The position numbers and the translations under genes are program-made. Positions 25,301 to 40,300 of a stretch of 64,000 bases of DNA are shown here, piece after piece. Each line of letters opens with the position of its first letter. The first letter of the stretch is position 1. Source of the DNA: Nemertoderma westbladi. Taxonomy: Eukaryota; Animalia; Xenacoelomorpha. The notes under the pieces were generated by a model that saw only the letters and a list, made by a program, of their open reading frames with translations, did not search any database and was not told where the DNA came from. The stretch spans positions 1-64,000 of the forward strand of contig JAUCBJ010007877.1 of the NCBI GenBank assembly GCA_032718475.1, given 5' to 3'.

Positions 25301-28300
25301 AATAGGTGGAGTTACCATCACCCCTTCATTATTATGATGATCTAAGGAGATGCGTAGAACATAATCAACAACAATAATTATGAACAAGAATGGTGCAAGT
25401 GTGTCTCCCTGGGCACCACTGTGGAGTGGGTCACCATTTATTTTTTAATTTTATACAATTATATATTTACTATTTTTTACACACACTATAAACATTAGTT
25501 TTGTTTATTAGAATAAGTGAATTTGAAATGTTGCTTGAGTCACTGTGTAGGGAATGATTTCTTGATTAAATCGATTAAATCAGTAAATGGAGAAACTTTG
25601 TGCAGCATCCTCCAACGAAACTCGGCGAGATGGTTTTCGAGCAACAAGTTCTTCGTTCCCCTCTTTTTCCTCATGATCGTTGTTTTGGCGTGGGACCATA
25701 TTCCTTCAATCCGCTGCGTATGAGCGCCCGTGACAACGTTCACAAATCGGCCTTTGCCTTTGATACTATGGTTCACACTTTCGTGTAAATACTTGCCGCT
25801 GCCATCGAGGGCCCTCCATGGCCTTGTCTTGCTAGTGATTCCCACAGTCTTACCACAGTAAGCGGCCCACTCGTCACTATGGATTAGGGTCCCTCCTTTA
25901 ACGTTGGCTTCCACTATTGGGCGTAAGGTCAGCATGTTTCGACGTTGAACATAAAACAATCGGACATCCACTTGGCCACCTGGGGATTTACATACAATTC
26001 CGAAAATCCACGGTCCATTTACCCGTTTACCATAATTCCTTGCCGATGTATTGAATTGACCGACTCGTTTATTGTAGATCTTTTTGACTCGTTTATTGTA
26101 GATCTTTCTCCTTCTTGTTACATCCCCGAGCAGCTTCCTCCCACGATTATACTTACGCTTACCGCGAAAGATCGATTCGTCGATCTGGACTGTCATCCCA
26201 ACTCCCCCCATTGGCTCAGCGTTATGCATGTCACTATTCATTAGTTCCGAATGAAATTATGCCAATCAACGAATGTATGGGTCGTTGATTCCTCCGATCA
26301 TTCCATTGAGCATCAGGTGTGCTGTGTTCAAAGTAATGTCTTGAAGAAACATAAACGTAATCCATAGAATCTGGGATACTAGTAGTTTAGATGCACCAAA
26401 CCACGTCCCGTTTCTTGCCGATAATTGGTGTCTTTGTGGCCCTTTGCAACGCCACATTAGACAAGTACCTCCGTGTTTTGTACGTCTAAAAATGTGGGCA
26501 GAGTAGCTACAACCAACATGTTTGCAAGAACTTTTACTAGTGGGTATGGGTAACAGGCCACAGGATTGTGCAAATGTTATCGCACTCCCCTCATCTTTTA
26601 AATTTTGGGAAATTTCTATAATATTTAAATCAGTGGACTGTCTCGAATATAAATGTCTTTGAATGTTTGTACTCATAATGTCAAAAAACACAAATGAATC
26701 TTTAAAATATGAAATGAATATAAACGTTCTAGAATTGTGTTGTAGTTGGAAACAATATTTAAATAAACTTAGTACACTTATAATATCGGTTAAAATACAC
26801 AATAAAAAAAAATTAAAATGGTGACCCACTCCACAGTGGTGCCGTCTCCCTGGAGGACGCCCCATAACACTTCAAATGGTTCTGTGTCACCGTCAACAGT
26901 AGACACAAATGTTGTCGAACCATCGTATACTGATCTGATTGCTGCAATAATTTCATCAGGAATCCCATGCAATGAAAGTATACACATACGTGGGCGAGAG
27001 ACTGAATCAAAGGCCTTGAAAAAGCCTACAAACATAACAGCTAGATGTCTGTCTTTCTTTTTTTGATAACTCTTCAATTATCCTTTAAGCAGCTCTATCA
27101 AAAATGGATACCATCTGGAAATCAGATCTCTCCAGGCACCTGAAGACTAAGTTCTTTCGAGCCACAGTGGAAAGTGTATTTTTATACGGGGGTGAGACCT
27201 GGACACTGACTAAATCACTTGAACAGCGAATTGGTGGTTTTAACACAAGACTACTAAGGCCAGCCCTAAACATCAGCTGGAGAAAACACATGGCAAATGC
27301 CGAGCTTTATGGCACAATACCACCTGTATCAACCACCCTCCGTGAACGCAGATTAAGATTCAGTGGGTACTGCTGGCGAAGTAAAGACGAGGTCATACCA
27401 GATCTACTTTTCTGGCAACCAACTCATGGAAAGCGTAGTCGTGGACGACCGGCCATAAGATATATAGATCAACTTGAAAGGGATACTGAACTTGGGAGAA
27501 ACGAAATTGTGACAACTATGGAGAATCGGGAAGCCTGGAAGGATCTCATTTCCACTATCCGAGTTCGCTCGACTTAGTAGTAGTAGTCAATTATCCTTCA
27601 TAGTGCCAAAATGGGCTCCATGGTCCCACGACCTTTACGGAACCCATTCTGATTTCCACGGAGCAGTCTCTCAAGGTATCCCTGATGAGATTTAATATAA
27701 TTTATCGAGATCAATGAGTTTCCCCGAAAAGATCCCTAGTGTGTTAGGTTGCCGTTTTTGGGAACTGGTACCAACTTATTTGTTGTCTTTCAAGATTATA
27801 TTAATACGTGATTATCAGTAGTGGCCTTGGTATGGTATATGCGAAATTATTCTGAAAGTAAATATTTCTCAGGACTCCAGTGTGGGAGTTGAGTTATGTG
27901 TGTTTAGAAATAAGATAACTTTAATTATTCAAATTCATAATTTTTAAAAACATACTATATTATAACGATAGGTATACATAGTCAACTCAGTGGAGACCAC
28001 TTTCCTGAACTCATTGCTTACAAGTAATGAGCCTCAATGCGACACCACTTTGGAAGATGTTCCCATTAATAATGTGACTTGCAGTGGAGAGGCAGGGTTT
28101 GGTATATCAGGTCTATGTATCGTTCTATACAGTCCCACAGCTGTGGTTCTTTCAGTATGCGAACTCGAAGTATATGGAACAGGTCAGTTTGAATTATCAA
28201 ACATATAATAGTATGTAATAGTACAGTATCCCATGAAGTATGCCATATTCCCCCAACTATGCTCATGTTCCTAATTCGCAGTTTCTTCTAACCAATCTTT

Positions 28301-31300
28301 GATATGTTTTTTCGAAAAAGATCCATACATTGCCTACTTCTTTATTTGTAATATTTCGATATCAACATTGAGCCATTACGGTAATTTTCAATATTGTTGA
28401 AGAACAATGATTTTTTTGCTATTCCAAGTAGTGTTAGTGGTTCTGCTTTGTTGTTAGTTACTCTATCCCCTTCTTTTAGTAAAAAATACATTTAACCTCT
28501 TTGAATTTATTAATTCTGCCAGTGATGCAGTTCTGCAATTTAAATGAAAATTTAACATACCTTTTATAGCAAGTTTTAGTGAAGTAATATTTTTTAAAAA
28601 TATTTTGGCTTTATACATGTAACATTTTTGTTTGCAGGTCCTGTGGATATAGCAGGAGTAAATGCACCTCTGATTATGGATTCGGGTTAGTTATTGTAGG
28701 GATTATTCTCAGCAATATAGTAATTATATTGGTATTAATTAGTAATGATGAGTAAATTAGTAGTAATCAGTAATGACTTATTTCCTGAATTTAGTAGAAA
28801 CAAGTTTAAAAATATAAGGAAATTGTAATTTGTACCGCAACTTCTTTTGGTCTTATTTAGTCTGTTATTTTTTTAAAACATATTGTCATTTCATTTGAAA
28901 AAAAATATTTCGACATTCAGTTTTTAGTCCTTCATAAATTTATAACTATATTTTATAACATAGCCCTCCCTGCATATACTGTATTTTAAATAACATCTTT
29001 CAAAGGGTGAATATGACATTTGTGCCATTTTGAAAATAATATATATAAGGGAAGAATGATATCTTTGATATACATTGTTTCTGCAATATAACTTTGAAGA
29101 CAGATTCTTCAATACTCATAAGAATACCGGGGGTGGGTCTTATTACTACTACTAGGATCGGCATGCTGCATTGCAGCTGCATTTTTAAGAATGCTGTGCC
29201 GGCTTGTCAACAAAATTGCACCGCCACAACTCCCTATCACCCATGATATTTGCTAGATCATCCGCATCTTCAAGGCCAGTGTCCTTTAAGATGCGTCTCA
29301 AGAAAGTCATGGGTTGTCCACCATGCTTATTCACTCCATGAGGCTGCCAAATTACAAGATTATGCACTGGCTGGTCCTCACGGCGAAAGCAATGTCCTGC
29401 AAAGCGGAGGCGATTTTGTACTAGTGTCAAGCTTGGGGGAACCAATGAGACACCTCCAATGTTATATAGTGTCTGGTTGGAGATGTGTGCATTGTACTTG
29501 ACACAATGAACCCGGCGTAGCATTCTTGTGAATGTGCCATCCAGAGATTTGGTGTCCTCAGCAGTTAGAGCCCAGCATGGACTCCCATAGAGGAGTACTG
29601 GAACTACTGCTGCTCTAAATAATCGGACCTTAAGTTTCCGATTACTTCTCTGTGACTTCCAAATCCTGGAAAGCCTATTCAAGGCTGCCCATGCCTTTCC
29701 CTTACGTATTCGAAGGTCCTCACTGTCTTATTGATCCCCTCTCCACCCCCACCCCCCCCCCCCCCCTAAAATCTACAAATTTTAACGAAAACGTCATATT
29801 TTGTTTGTACGTAGATTTCACTACTCTGAATCAGACCGAAAAAAATTTAGAAAAAAGTTAATGGTGTGGTTAGTTTGCAGCACCAAAATCTGGCTAAGAT
29901 TTATATCAGGTGGACGGATACCTTACTGTAAATATTATCGCTTGAAGGGAAGCGAACTTAGCCACCATAATACAGTGCTCCGAATTAGCTATAAAATGGC
30001 AAATTTTAGTTTGTTGGTGAGTCAGAGTCACTGATCGGGATCGCAACTATTCGCTTCTCCTCTAGCGTGTGCTAAGAATTTTGTATAAAATGGGATCAAA
30101 TTCACCTGAGATCTAAATTCGCTTCGCGATTAGCATGATGATTACCAAAGGCTATTAATAGCATAAACTGGGATCTAAATTCACCTAATTAGGATAAGTT
30201 CACCTAGGTAGGATCTAAGTTCACCTAATTAGGATAAGTTCACCTAGGTAGGATCTAAGTTCACCTAATTAGGATAAGTTCACCTAGGTAGGATCTAAGT
30301 TCACCTAATTAGGATAAGTTCACCTAGGTAGGATCTAAGTTCACCTAATTAGGATAAGTTCACCTAGGTAGGATCTAAGTTCACCTAATTAGGATAAGTT
30401 CACCTAGGTAGGATCTAAGTTCACCTAATTAGGATAAGTTCACCTAGGTAGGATCTAAGTTCACCTAATTAGGATAAGTTCACCTAGGTAGGATCTAAGT
30501 TCACCTAATTAGGATAAGTTCACCTAGTTAGGATCTAAGTTCACCCAGATATGATCTACGTTCGCAGACATAGGACCTAAGTTCGGAAAGCTCTAAGTTC
30601 ATCAAAGTCAGGCCATGCAGGAGTGCAGGATCTAAGTTCATCAAAGTCAGGCCATGCAGGAGTGCAGGATCTAAGTTCGATTTACCGTGCTGTATCTTGA
30701 TTATTACTGTAATGTATTTCATTATTTCACAGGAAATAACAAAACATGCGGAATTAACTCGATCTAGGAATAAAGTTTATTTCCCTAATTATCTTTAATG
30801 ACTGTAACATATACACGTACAGTATATATAATTATACAGTAGATATATACACGTACAGTATATATAATTATACAGCAGTTATATACACGTACAGTATATA
30901 TAATTATATAGTAGTTATATACACGTACAGTATATAAAGACGCAAATGCAGGAACTGCTTTTGCAAATGTTAAGACACACAAGAGAGATTGGGCACTTAG
31001 AAATATATTATCCTGTTGCGGAACTGCGTCTGAGAATTTAGGCAAGTTATTGGAATATTTATGTATAATTATATATACTGTACGTGTATATATCTACTGT
31101 ATAATTATATATACTGTACGTGTATATATCTACTGTATAATTATATATACTGTACGTGTAAACAACTACTGTATAATTATATATACTGTACGTGTATATA
31201 TATACTGTACGTGTATATATCTACTGTATAATTATATGTAAAAACGATTATACGAAAAATATACGAAAAATGTAATTTATTTAGTAAACTGTCTTAAATG

Positions 31301-34300
31301 CAGAAAACAGGGAGTCGGATCAGCAATGAACTTCAAGGCAAGAATATATAATTACAAATCACAAATAACAAACAAGAAAAAACCATCTTGTAAAATTGAC
31401 CAGCACTTTATCCAAGCAGACCACAACTTCAACGACTTTAGGATAACACCCATAGAGAGAGTTACAAATCTAAATAGCGAAACATTGAAACAGGCACTGA
31501 GAAGAAAAGAGGGTTACTACCAGACAAACTTGCAGACGCTTGAGCCATATGGTTTAAACTCAATAAACGAAGCCGTGATTAATTCTAAAGGAATGGAAGC
31601 GTTCAAACCAGACTGATTAATATCTCACATTGAATACTAAGAAATTCAATTATATACATTTATAAAACCTAGGCAACAATATTTATTAGAATGTACAGTA
31701 ATCATATTTATGGAAATAAATACATGAATAAGACTCATGTTGAGTCGAAAATTTGTAAGAGAAATATTTTCTTTTTTTAAGATATTGGTTTTTATTTTGC
31801 TTTATAGCATATTATTGTTGTTTAATTATACAGTAGATATATACACGTACAGTATAATAAATAGTATTATTGCTATGTGATCAGATTTAATCTGGATCAG
31901 GTCACTCACTACACAACACATACAGATACACACAACAGATACAGAGTTATCACGAGATATATCTTGGAACGATAATAAAATAAGTTTTAATAATAATGAA
32001 ATGAATTTTTCTGGTTGTTATTACTACACGCTCGGGTCCCGTGTTCGAATTTGTGGATATGGGTTGGTGAGCCGTGTTTTGGGTGTAAGCTGAAGAAATA
32101 TATTAGATTTTGGTAAGGTCGGGGTGTGCGGGACGATTAATGGTCCCAGACGGTTCACACTCACAGTTTGTTTTTTATAACAATCGCCAATAATCGCCAA
32201 TTCGTCGTCCACGACCGATATTACGAATCCAGACTTTTTCTCCATTTTTGTATTTAGTCCTGCGGTCATTGATGCGATAATTGAATCTGTTTGAGAGTTA
32301 GAAAGCTAAAACCCATGAATAGTTCTGCCACGGTTGTACCACTTCCCTGTGGTGTTGCACGGTACCGAAATAATATTTATTGTAGTTTTTTAGGTCCATT
32401 TTTACCAATGGATTCTTTAATCGTACGAACGAACGGCTCGCTCTGCTATGCCATTCGATTGCGGATGGATTGAATGAACAATTCCCCACTCATTGAGATT
32501 GTTAGCAAACCCTTTGCTGCTCTTTGTCGGAACTAGGACGATTGCCCCCTGGACAATTGCCCCCCGGACAATTGCTCCCCGGACTATTGCCTGTCGGAAT
32601 ATTGCCCCCGGACAATTGCCCCCCGGAGAATTGCCTCCCGGAATATTGCCCCCGGACAATTGCCCCCCGGAGAATTGCCCCCCGGACAATTGCCCCCCGG
32701 ACAATTGCCCCCCGGACAATTGCCCCCCGGACAATTGCCCCCCGATATTTTATTTAATTAATATATTTTAAATCTTGAAATCCTTTGAATGTTTTCCTAT
32801 AGTTTAATGAAATTCAAGTCATATTATATTAACCTTGATCAACACTTCTAAACTTTAATTTATTTTACTTTTTTTCTAAAAATCCCTGATTTTTTCTTGA
32901 ACAATTTGATTTGATTACCATTTCTAAACTTTTTAATTTTATGTGTTTCAAAATATCCACGATTTTTTTTTCTAGAACAATTTGATTGTCTCTATGCCAG
33001 CTATAGCTTTTTATGACTTAATTGAATGGCTTCTGCGCGTAAAAATTGTATTATTATTGTAATGAATACTTCAATTGTAAAATATCGGAATTATTGAGCA
33101 CATAAATAAGCAAACATGGATGTTTTATTAAACATAAAACGGACTTAGCTATATAAAATTATTGTTTAATGTTGTAACAAGTTTGGAAGACTAAATTGCT
33201 AGTAAGGAACGACCTTATCTATTTTGCAATTTTGCTTGGGGCCAATTTATTGTTTGGTGGTTAAGTGTAATTGGAGGGCAATAGTCCGGGGGGTAATTGT
33301 CTGGGGGGGGGGATTGTCCGAGGGGCAATTGTCCTCGGTGGGAATTGTCCGGGGGGCAATTGTCCTCGGTGGGAATTCTCCGGGGGACAATAGTCCTGTC
33401 ACGATTGAGGTCCTCCATCCGAGTGTACCTGTAAGGGGAACCCAAATCTACAAGACCTATCAAATAATTTTTGCAGGGTGGTTCTAGTAGTTGTGGTTGT
33501 GGTTTTTCAATAATGTATACAATGGTTTTGCCAGCGCTGACAAGTTATTAACAAAACATGAGTAGAACTTTACAATACCAAGAAAGCCTTGTAAACTTTT
33601 CAGATCAATATGTGCCGGCATGTCTGCATGGCTCTGATACGGATCTACCGAACGCCCGTCTTTGGATACTATAAATCCTAAATATTTCACTTCATCTGCT
33701 GCGATTACACACTTTAACAAACTTTCCTTTTATGCCCACAGAACGAAGACGAGCAAAGACTTCTTCAACCATTTTTAAGTGAGATTCTAGATCTTCTGAA
33801 TATATCAGGATATCGTCCATTATGCTTGACCTCTACATTGTCTATTCCTACTAAAACTTTTTCAATTTCTTTCTGAAATACTAGACAATGCCAGGTGCTG
33901 AGGACACACTAGGTCACTCTTTGGTATTGCAACGCTTAGTATCTTTAGAATTATTATCTAATTCGACTGGTCATAACCATGTAGAGGTTGAGGACGAAAA
34001 CATTAATTTCCTCACTAATAATAAGATAGATTGCTCTTATTCGTTTTCGATTAAGGGTAGGGTGATGCACAGATTTTCGTTGTGGGCTGTACTCTTGAAT
34101 ATCTACCTTGATTATTATTTCTAGAATAACTACGCGGGAGATTACAGCTTTTAGTGAGACAACATTTGGCTAAGTGATTTGCACCTTTACACTTTTCGTA
34201 CACATTAACCAATTCCATTAATGTTTGTCACCACAAAATTAGCAGTTCACAATTGTTTTAGGGTTGGGTGCAATCTTCGCCCACGTCCAACCTTCGCCCA

Positions 34301-37300
34301 ATTTGTGGAAAAGGAACAGGTTACAGACACGATAGGTTACAGAGACGAATTTCTCTAACCAAATCAATAATCGAGGTTGTTAACACTCATTTTGATGGCG
34401 AAGATTGCTCTGGGCGTAGATTTCTCCGGGCGAAGATTGCTCCGGGCGAAGATCGCTCATGGGCGAATCTTTCTCACGGGTGAAGTTTGCGGCGTCCCTT
34501 GCTTTACTGGTTGGCCTAGACTGCGTCTCAAGGGAAATTTTATTGCTATCTGCAGTCTTGCTCATATTAATATTTGTTGTCTGAATTCCACTCATTTCAG
34601 AAAACGGCCGTTCTGCAACTTCCATGCTTCTAGCTAAAGTCAGTACTGCATCTAATTTAGTGATGCCTCTTTCGAAAACTCGCATTCTCAAAGTTGGCAT
34701 TGTTGTGTGCCGAAGAAGGATATCTAATAAACAAGCATCCTGCAACAAACTATTGTAATTATTACATTTAAGGTTGCAATACTGGGGTTGTTTTCTAAGG
34801 CGAATAATATAATTGTAAGTTGATTCACCTTGTTGCTGTGCAATCTCACCAAGACGATATAACGTCAAACGTCTACAAAAAGTGTAGAGTCAATTGATCG
34901 AAATTTTTCTCCAATACGAACAATTAGTGCATCATACATTGTTTCCGCATTCCTTTGAGTGACTGTCATGGTTTCTACCATTCTTGATAAATCGGGGCCA
35001 GCACAATGTAATGACGTTTTTGAATGTCAGAAACTGATGGGTCCCAATGCCAAGAGGTAAGTGTCGAAATCGCGATTGTATACTTCCCATCGGCGATGCC
35101 AACCAGACTCCTGCGCGTCAAATTTAATGGTAACGTGTGGACCACCGTTGAATTAGGAACAGTAATATCGTTAGAAGTTTGTGCAATACCTAACACAAAT
35201 TCTAAATCTAACCCATGTTCAGTCATATAAGAACTTATTTCTGAAATAAGTTCAGCTTTGTTTCTACCCGATTAACCCAACTTACAGTATGTTCCTGACA
35301 TATCTCATGTAGATATCCAATAGAGAGGTGATCCAATGACAGCGGCATAATAATTATAATTGCAAACAATTAAATAGTTATATTTTAGTTATCCTAATAT
35401 CCTCGTCGCCATTGCCGATATGCCATGCCTCACCACTTATTCACATAAATATTTTGTTTTTCTATAGGAAACATAGCTCTAAACCGAATGACAGATTCCG
35501 ACAGTCAACAACTAGGAGGGGAAGATTCATACGCCGTGGACGGTGACAAGACTTGCGACAACGGACTTTGCTCCCACTCAGATGACGAGGCACCCCAGTG
35601 GATACTGATTTACTTGGGAGAAGAAACCGCCGTCGCTAATGTTACTATTTATATTAAAATGGATTGCTGTTCGCAACGGATTGTTGGCACTCAGGTTGGT
35701 CTATCATCATCTAGCTTTATTCTCTTTATCCAGCTTTATTCTATATTTTAGGCTTTAGCATTCGAATTCAACTCAGATTCATCTTGAAGCAATTAATATC
35801 TGGAAATTGTTTTAACTAAAAAAAGCTTGAAATAAAACTCAAAAAAAAGGTGGGCGGAAACGGGCCTTTAGCTGCGAATGCTTGGACACTCGTACTTGGA
35901 CACTTTCACACTCGTACTTGGACACTTGGACACTCGTACTTGGACACTCGTACTTGGACACTTGGACACTCGTACTTGGAAACTTGGACACTCGTACTTG
36001 GACACTTGGACACTTGGACACTCGTACTTGGACACTTGGACACTCGTACTTGGACACTCGTACTTGGAGACTTGGACACTCGTACTTGGACACTTGGACA
36101 CTCGTACTTGGACACTTGGACACTCGTACTTGGACACTTGGACACTCGTACTTGGACACTTGGACACTCGTACTCGGACACTTGGACACTCGTACTTGGA
36201 CACTCGTACTTGGACACTTGGACACTCGTACTTGGACACTTGGACACTCGTACTTGGACACTCGTACTTGGACACTTGGACACCCGTACTTGGACACTCG
36301 TACTTGGACACTTGGACATTCGTACTTGGAAACTTGGTGACACTTGGACACTCGTACTTGGAAACTTGGACACTCGTACTTGGACACTCGTACTTGGCCA
36401 CTTGGACACTCGTACTTGGACACTCGTACTTGGACACTTGGACACTCGTACTTGGACACTTGGACACTCGTACTTGGATAGTATTTTACATCTTTTACAT
36501 AATTTTACATCGGAATCTATTCTTCATTTCATCGAGCTGCATCGATAAGCATCAGATGATCATAAGGGTGGGTTTATCGCACATGGAAACGCATTGAATG
36601 ACGAATGATGACAAGTTGCTCGGCTTTGCAATAAGAGGCCAAGGCAGTGTTAAATATCGATTTCGGATGGATAGGTGAAGCAGATGAACATAACATTCTG
36701 GAAATTCCGGATCTCATCTGAAATATAAAATTTTTTTCTGAAATACAGTATATATAACTTTAGTTTAACATATTTAGTATTCTTAAATATTTTTAAAAAA
36801 AAGTTTAGTTTTTAATTTTTAAAATTTTTAAAATTTAGTTTTTTTTAATTTAGTTTTCTCTAAACAAACAGGTTACAGTCGCATTGTATCTAACCAAAAC
36901 AATAAACAAATTAGTATCTGATCAGGTTATAAGCTTGAGTGCTATAATGGGTGTTATAAAACTCTTATTAAATTTCAAAGTAATTAACATCATCATTCTA
37001 GATTTGTCATCTTGGCCAATTTCCGATTTTTTTACAGAACTCTAAACATAGCAATGTGAACAACTATTTGGGGCATAGCATAGTTTTAAAATGATAGTGA
37101 TCTGTGTACATATGTTACTACTGGTGAAAAATAAATTATTTTGCAACCAGGAGAACTGATCTGCATAACACTGTGCGCAATTTGCATAGCAGCATCCATC
37201 CGTTTTGCTGTTTGCAGCAACCGTCTGCACCTCGTCTACATCTCGTCTATATGTCAAATATATTATTAAGTTACAATAAAGTTCCTTTCAGTCCCTATCA

Positions 37301-40300
37301 ACTAGTAGATATTGTCCTTTTGTTTAGAGTCACATCCTTCTGAACAGAATCTGTACAGTGAACTCGCAGATCTTTAGCAAAATACGCCAAATAGTTTATA
37401 TCATATTCTAGGTATACATTGTCAACACCGACGATCCAGCTATCATTAACAATCTGGACTCTAGCGATGAACAGAAATGTCAGGAAGAGTTGTCTAACCA
37501 AGCTGTTAACAATATACAGTGTGGCGGACAAAAGGGGAGTATTGTTGCCATTTTCCACAACAGTAATGACGCAATGGTTTTGTGCGAAGTTGAGGTATAT
37601 GCAGACGGTGAGTTTAACCCTATTAGCACTGGGGGGGGGGCCGAATCGGCCCCTTCCTAGTTTTTAGTTGCTGTAACTATGCAACCACATTACGTACCGG
37701 CCCAATTTTTTGTGAGAATTAGCCAAATTTAATGCCGCATCTTTTGCAAAAAACGCCGTTGCAATTGGATTTCTACTTTTCGATGTGGGTGTCACCTCAA
37801 AATTTGGTCTCCAGCACCAAATTTTTTGAAATTTTCGAATTTTACAAAGTCATTTGTGATTTAGTAATTATTTGTGTTTGGGCTATTTTTATTTATTTTT
37901 ATTGGTTTGGATCACTCTAATGCTCTATACAAGTATGTAAGTGTAGTGGTACGTCATTTTTGGAGCACCAAAATTAGGGCGTGGCACTTCAAATTTTGAA
38001 AAATACGAGATTCGGAAAATACACTAAAGTTTTGATTTGCAAAGCATTTTTATAGGTTTTCTGGAGCGCTGAATCGATTGAAAGTAATATAGAAGCCTGA
38101 AGACTTAGTGGTTCACCATTTTTGGTGCACCAAAATTAGGGCGTGGCACTTCAAATTTTGAAAAATACGAGATTCGGAAAATTCACTAAAGTTTTGATTT
38201 GCAAAGCATTTTTATAGGTTTTCTGGAGCGCTGAATCGATTGAAAGTAATATAGAAGCCTGAAGACTTAGTGGTTCGCCATTTTTGGTGCACCAAAATTA
38301 GGGCGTGGCACTTCAAATTTTGAAAAATACGAGATTCGGAAAATTCACTAAAGTTTTGATTTCAAATTAATTTTATAGGTTTTCTGGAGCGCTGAATCGA
38401 TTGAAAGTAATATAGAAGCCTCAAATCCTTTGTGTACGTAATTTTCGGTGCACCAAAATTAGGGCGTGGCACTTCAAATTTTCAAAATTTATTTATTCGG
38501 AAAAAACACTAAAGTTTTGATTTCAAAAAATGGCTAAATTCTAAGTCTTCAGGCTTCTATATTACTTTCAATCGATTCAGCGGTCTGGAAAACCTATATA
38601 AATTCGTTAAAATTTCAATTTTGGTTTATTTTCCGAATCTCGTATTTTTCAAAATTTGAAGTGCCACGCCCTAATTTTGGTGCACCAAAAATGGCGAACC
38701 ACTCAGTCTTCAGGCTTCTATATTACTTTCAATCGATTCAGCGGCCCAGAAAACCCATAAAGATGCGTTGAAATAAAAAAATTAGGGGCATTTTCTGAAT
38801 ATCTAATTTTTCAAAATTTGAAGTGCCACGCCCACTTCTTAGGTGCACGAAAAATAGCATCCACTTCAATTTTTGGAAGTGGAATATAATCACATTCGAT
38901 TCAGCGTCTTGAAAAACCTACTAAATCTAGCCAACACTGCCACACTATTAGTTTTTAGAAAACGAAAAATTTTGTAATTTTGTCCTGGGACTACTTTTAT
39001 TTTTCATCAAAATTATGAGACCCTGCTTATGAAATTTTAACTTTTTAAGATTTGGTAGTGTTCATCTATAGTTGTTTCACCAACAGCCCAAATTTTGTAG
39101 GATTTCATTAGACGACTACAAAAATATAGTGGGTGGGCCGAATCGGCCCCCCCCCAGTGGTGCTAATGGTCAAAACACCCCAGTGGTAATAGGGTTAACA
39201 TAATATATACAGAAATATAAACACCATGGCCTAAAAAATAGTGTCTTAATGAAAGCACAACTCCATCTCTCCGGAATTTAAATCGCATAACAAGTGGAAA
39301 CAAGTTGACATGAAATAGCCTTCTTATTTATCTGTCAGAATTTCTAACTTGAATTTGATCTTGAAACTCATTTCAGCAATAGTTATATATTTTTAACATT
39401 CTTAATATTAGTTAGTAAAACATTTTCTTTGCATATATCCATATACCATTACAAGTTTCGTAATACATGTCATCGCTATAGTTATAATTTGATATGTTGT
39501 GCAGCACAAATTATATTAATCAATATTCATTTCGAATGTTAGGTGATTTTTTTATGACTACAAATTGGCTATATTATTGTGTTTTACTTTATAGAGTGCA
39601 CATATAAGCCATGGGAGGAAGAGAGTACGTGCGATGGTGGTTGTCTAGTTGGAACATCGACATATACGAGGGATGTCGCTTTTTACATGCCTGGAAGTAC
39701 ATGTAGTGATACCAGCAAGGATGATTACTGTGAGGAGCCCTGTACGGGTATGTATTCAATTTATCATGTTTGTATAAAGCAAAAAATATGACTTTCTTAA
39801 TTATACTTATATATTAATTTTCAATTTCACTTGATACACTTATATTAATTGTAGTAATTCCAATAACTGATCAATTTTTGGTGTTCCCAGTATCAAGAAC
39901 CTAGACAAACCCCCACCTATAAAGCCGGAGCTGGTAAGTTGAGACTTATAAATTTTTAAGGGGGAAAGAGGCCAGAGAAGATGAGATTCGCGCAGCCCAC
40001 ACTTAAATTGTCTCCCTCGAAACATCGCGCCCAGTATCGATTATTGGCTCTTTAAAAAAATATACGACAGATAATAATATGTAATAGTGGTGGGATATAG
40101 GTTTCTTTGTGATAGTAGATAATAGAGCATCTTGCCCACCTACCCTAAAGTGTTTCTTATTCGAATTGTACTATAATTGTGAAATATACAGATTGTCTCC
40201 CCCTTTTACAAATGATGAGTGGGGCCAAAGCCTAATTATTTTTGAACTAATTATGATATGGATATTAATGATTTTCAACGAGGACCATGCTGGTTTAATT

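Larger units (their letters stand above)
23570..27690 (-). mobile_element. 5'-truncated decayed RTE-clade LINE interrupted by three younger insertions
   Basis: Segments translate to FKAFDSVSR, GVLQGD|TLAPFLFIIIVVDY, LDFADD, RLRFA; collinear across the insertions. Confidence 0.85.

Noticed and set aside
30170-30546. CRISPR-like regular repeats (also 17130-17257 and 32537-32745)
   Set aside because: No unique spacers, no cas genes, eukaryotic context
31723-31760. Hammerhead in the Penelope 3' region (ATGAATAA GACTC ATGTT GAGTC GAAA)
   Set aside because: Stem II and GAAA are present but the CTGANGA core and stem III are degenerate; at best a relic
35839-36597. Six overlapping 150-240 aa ORFs on both strands
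   Set aside because: They result from a stop-free minisatellite inside an intron; no coding signal
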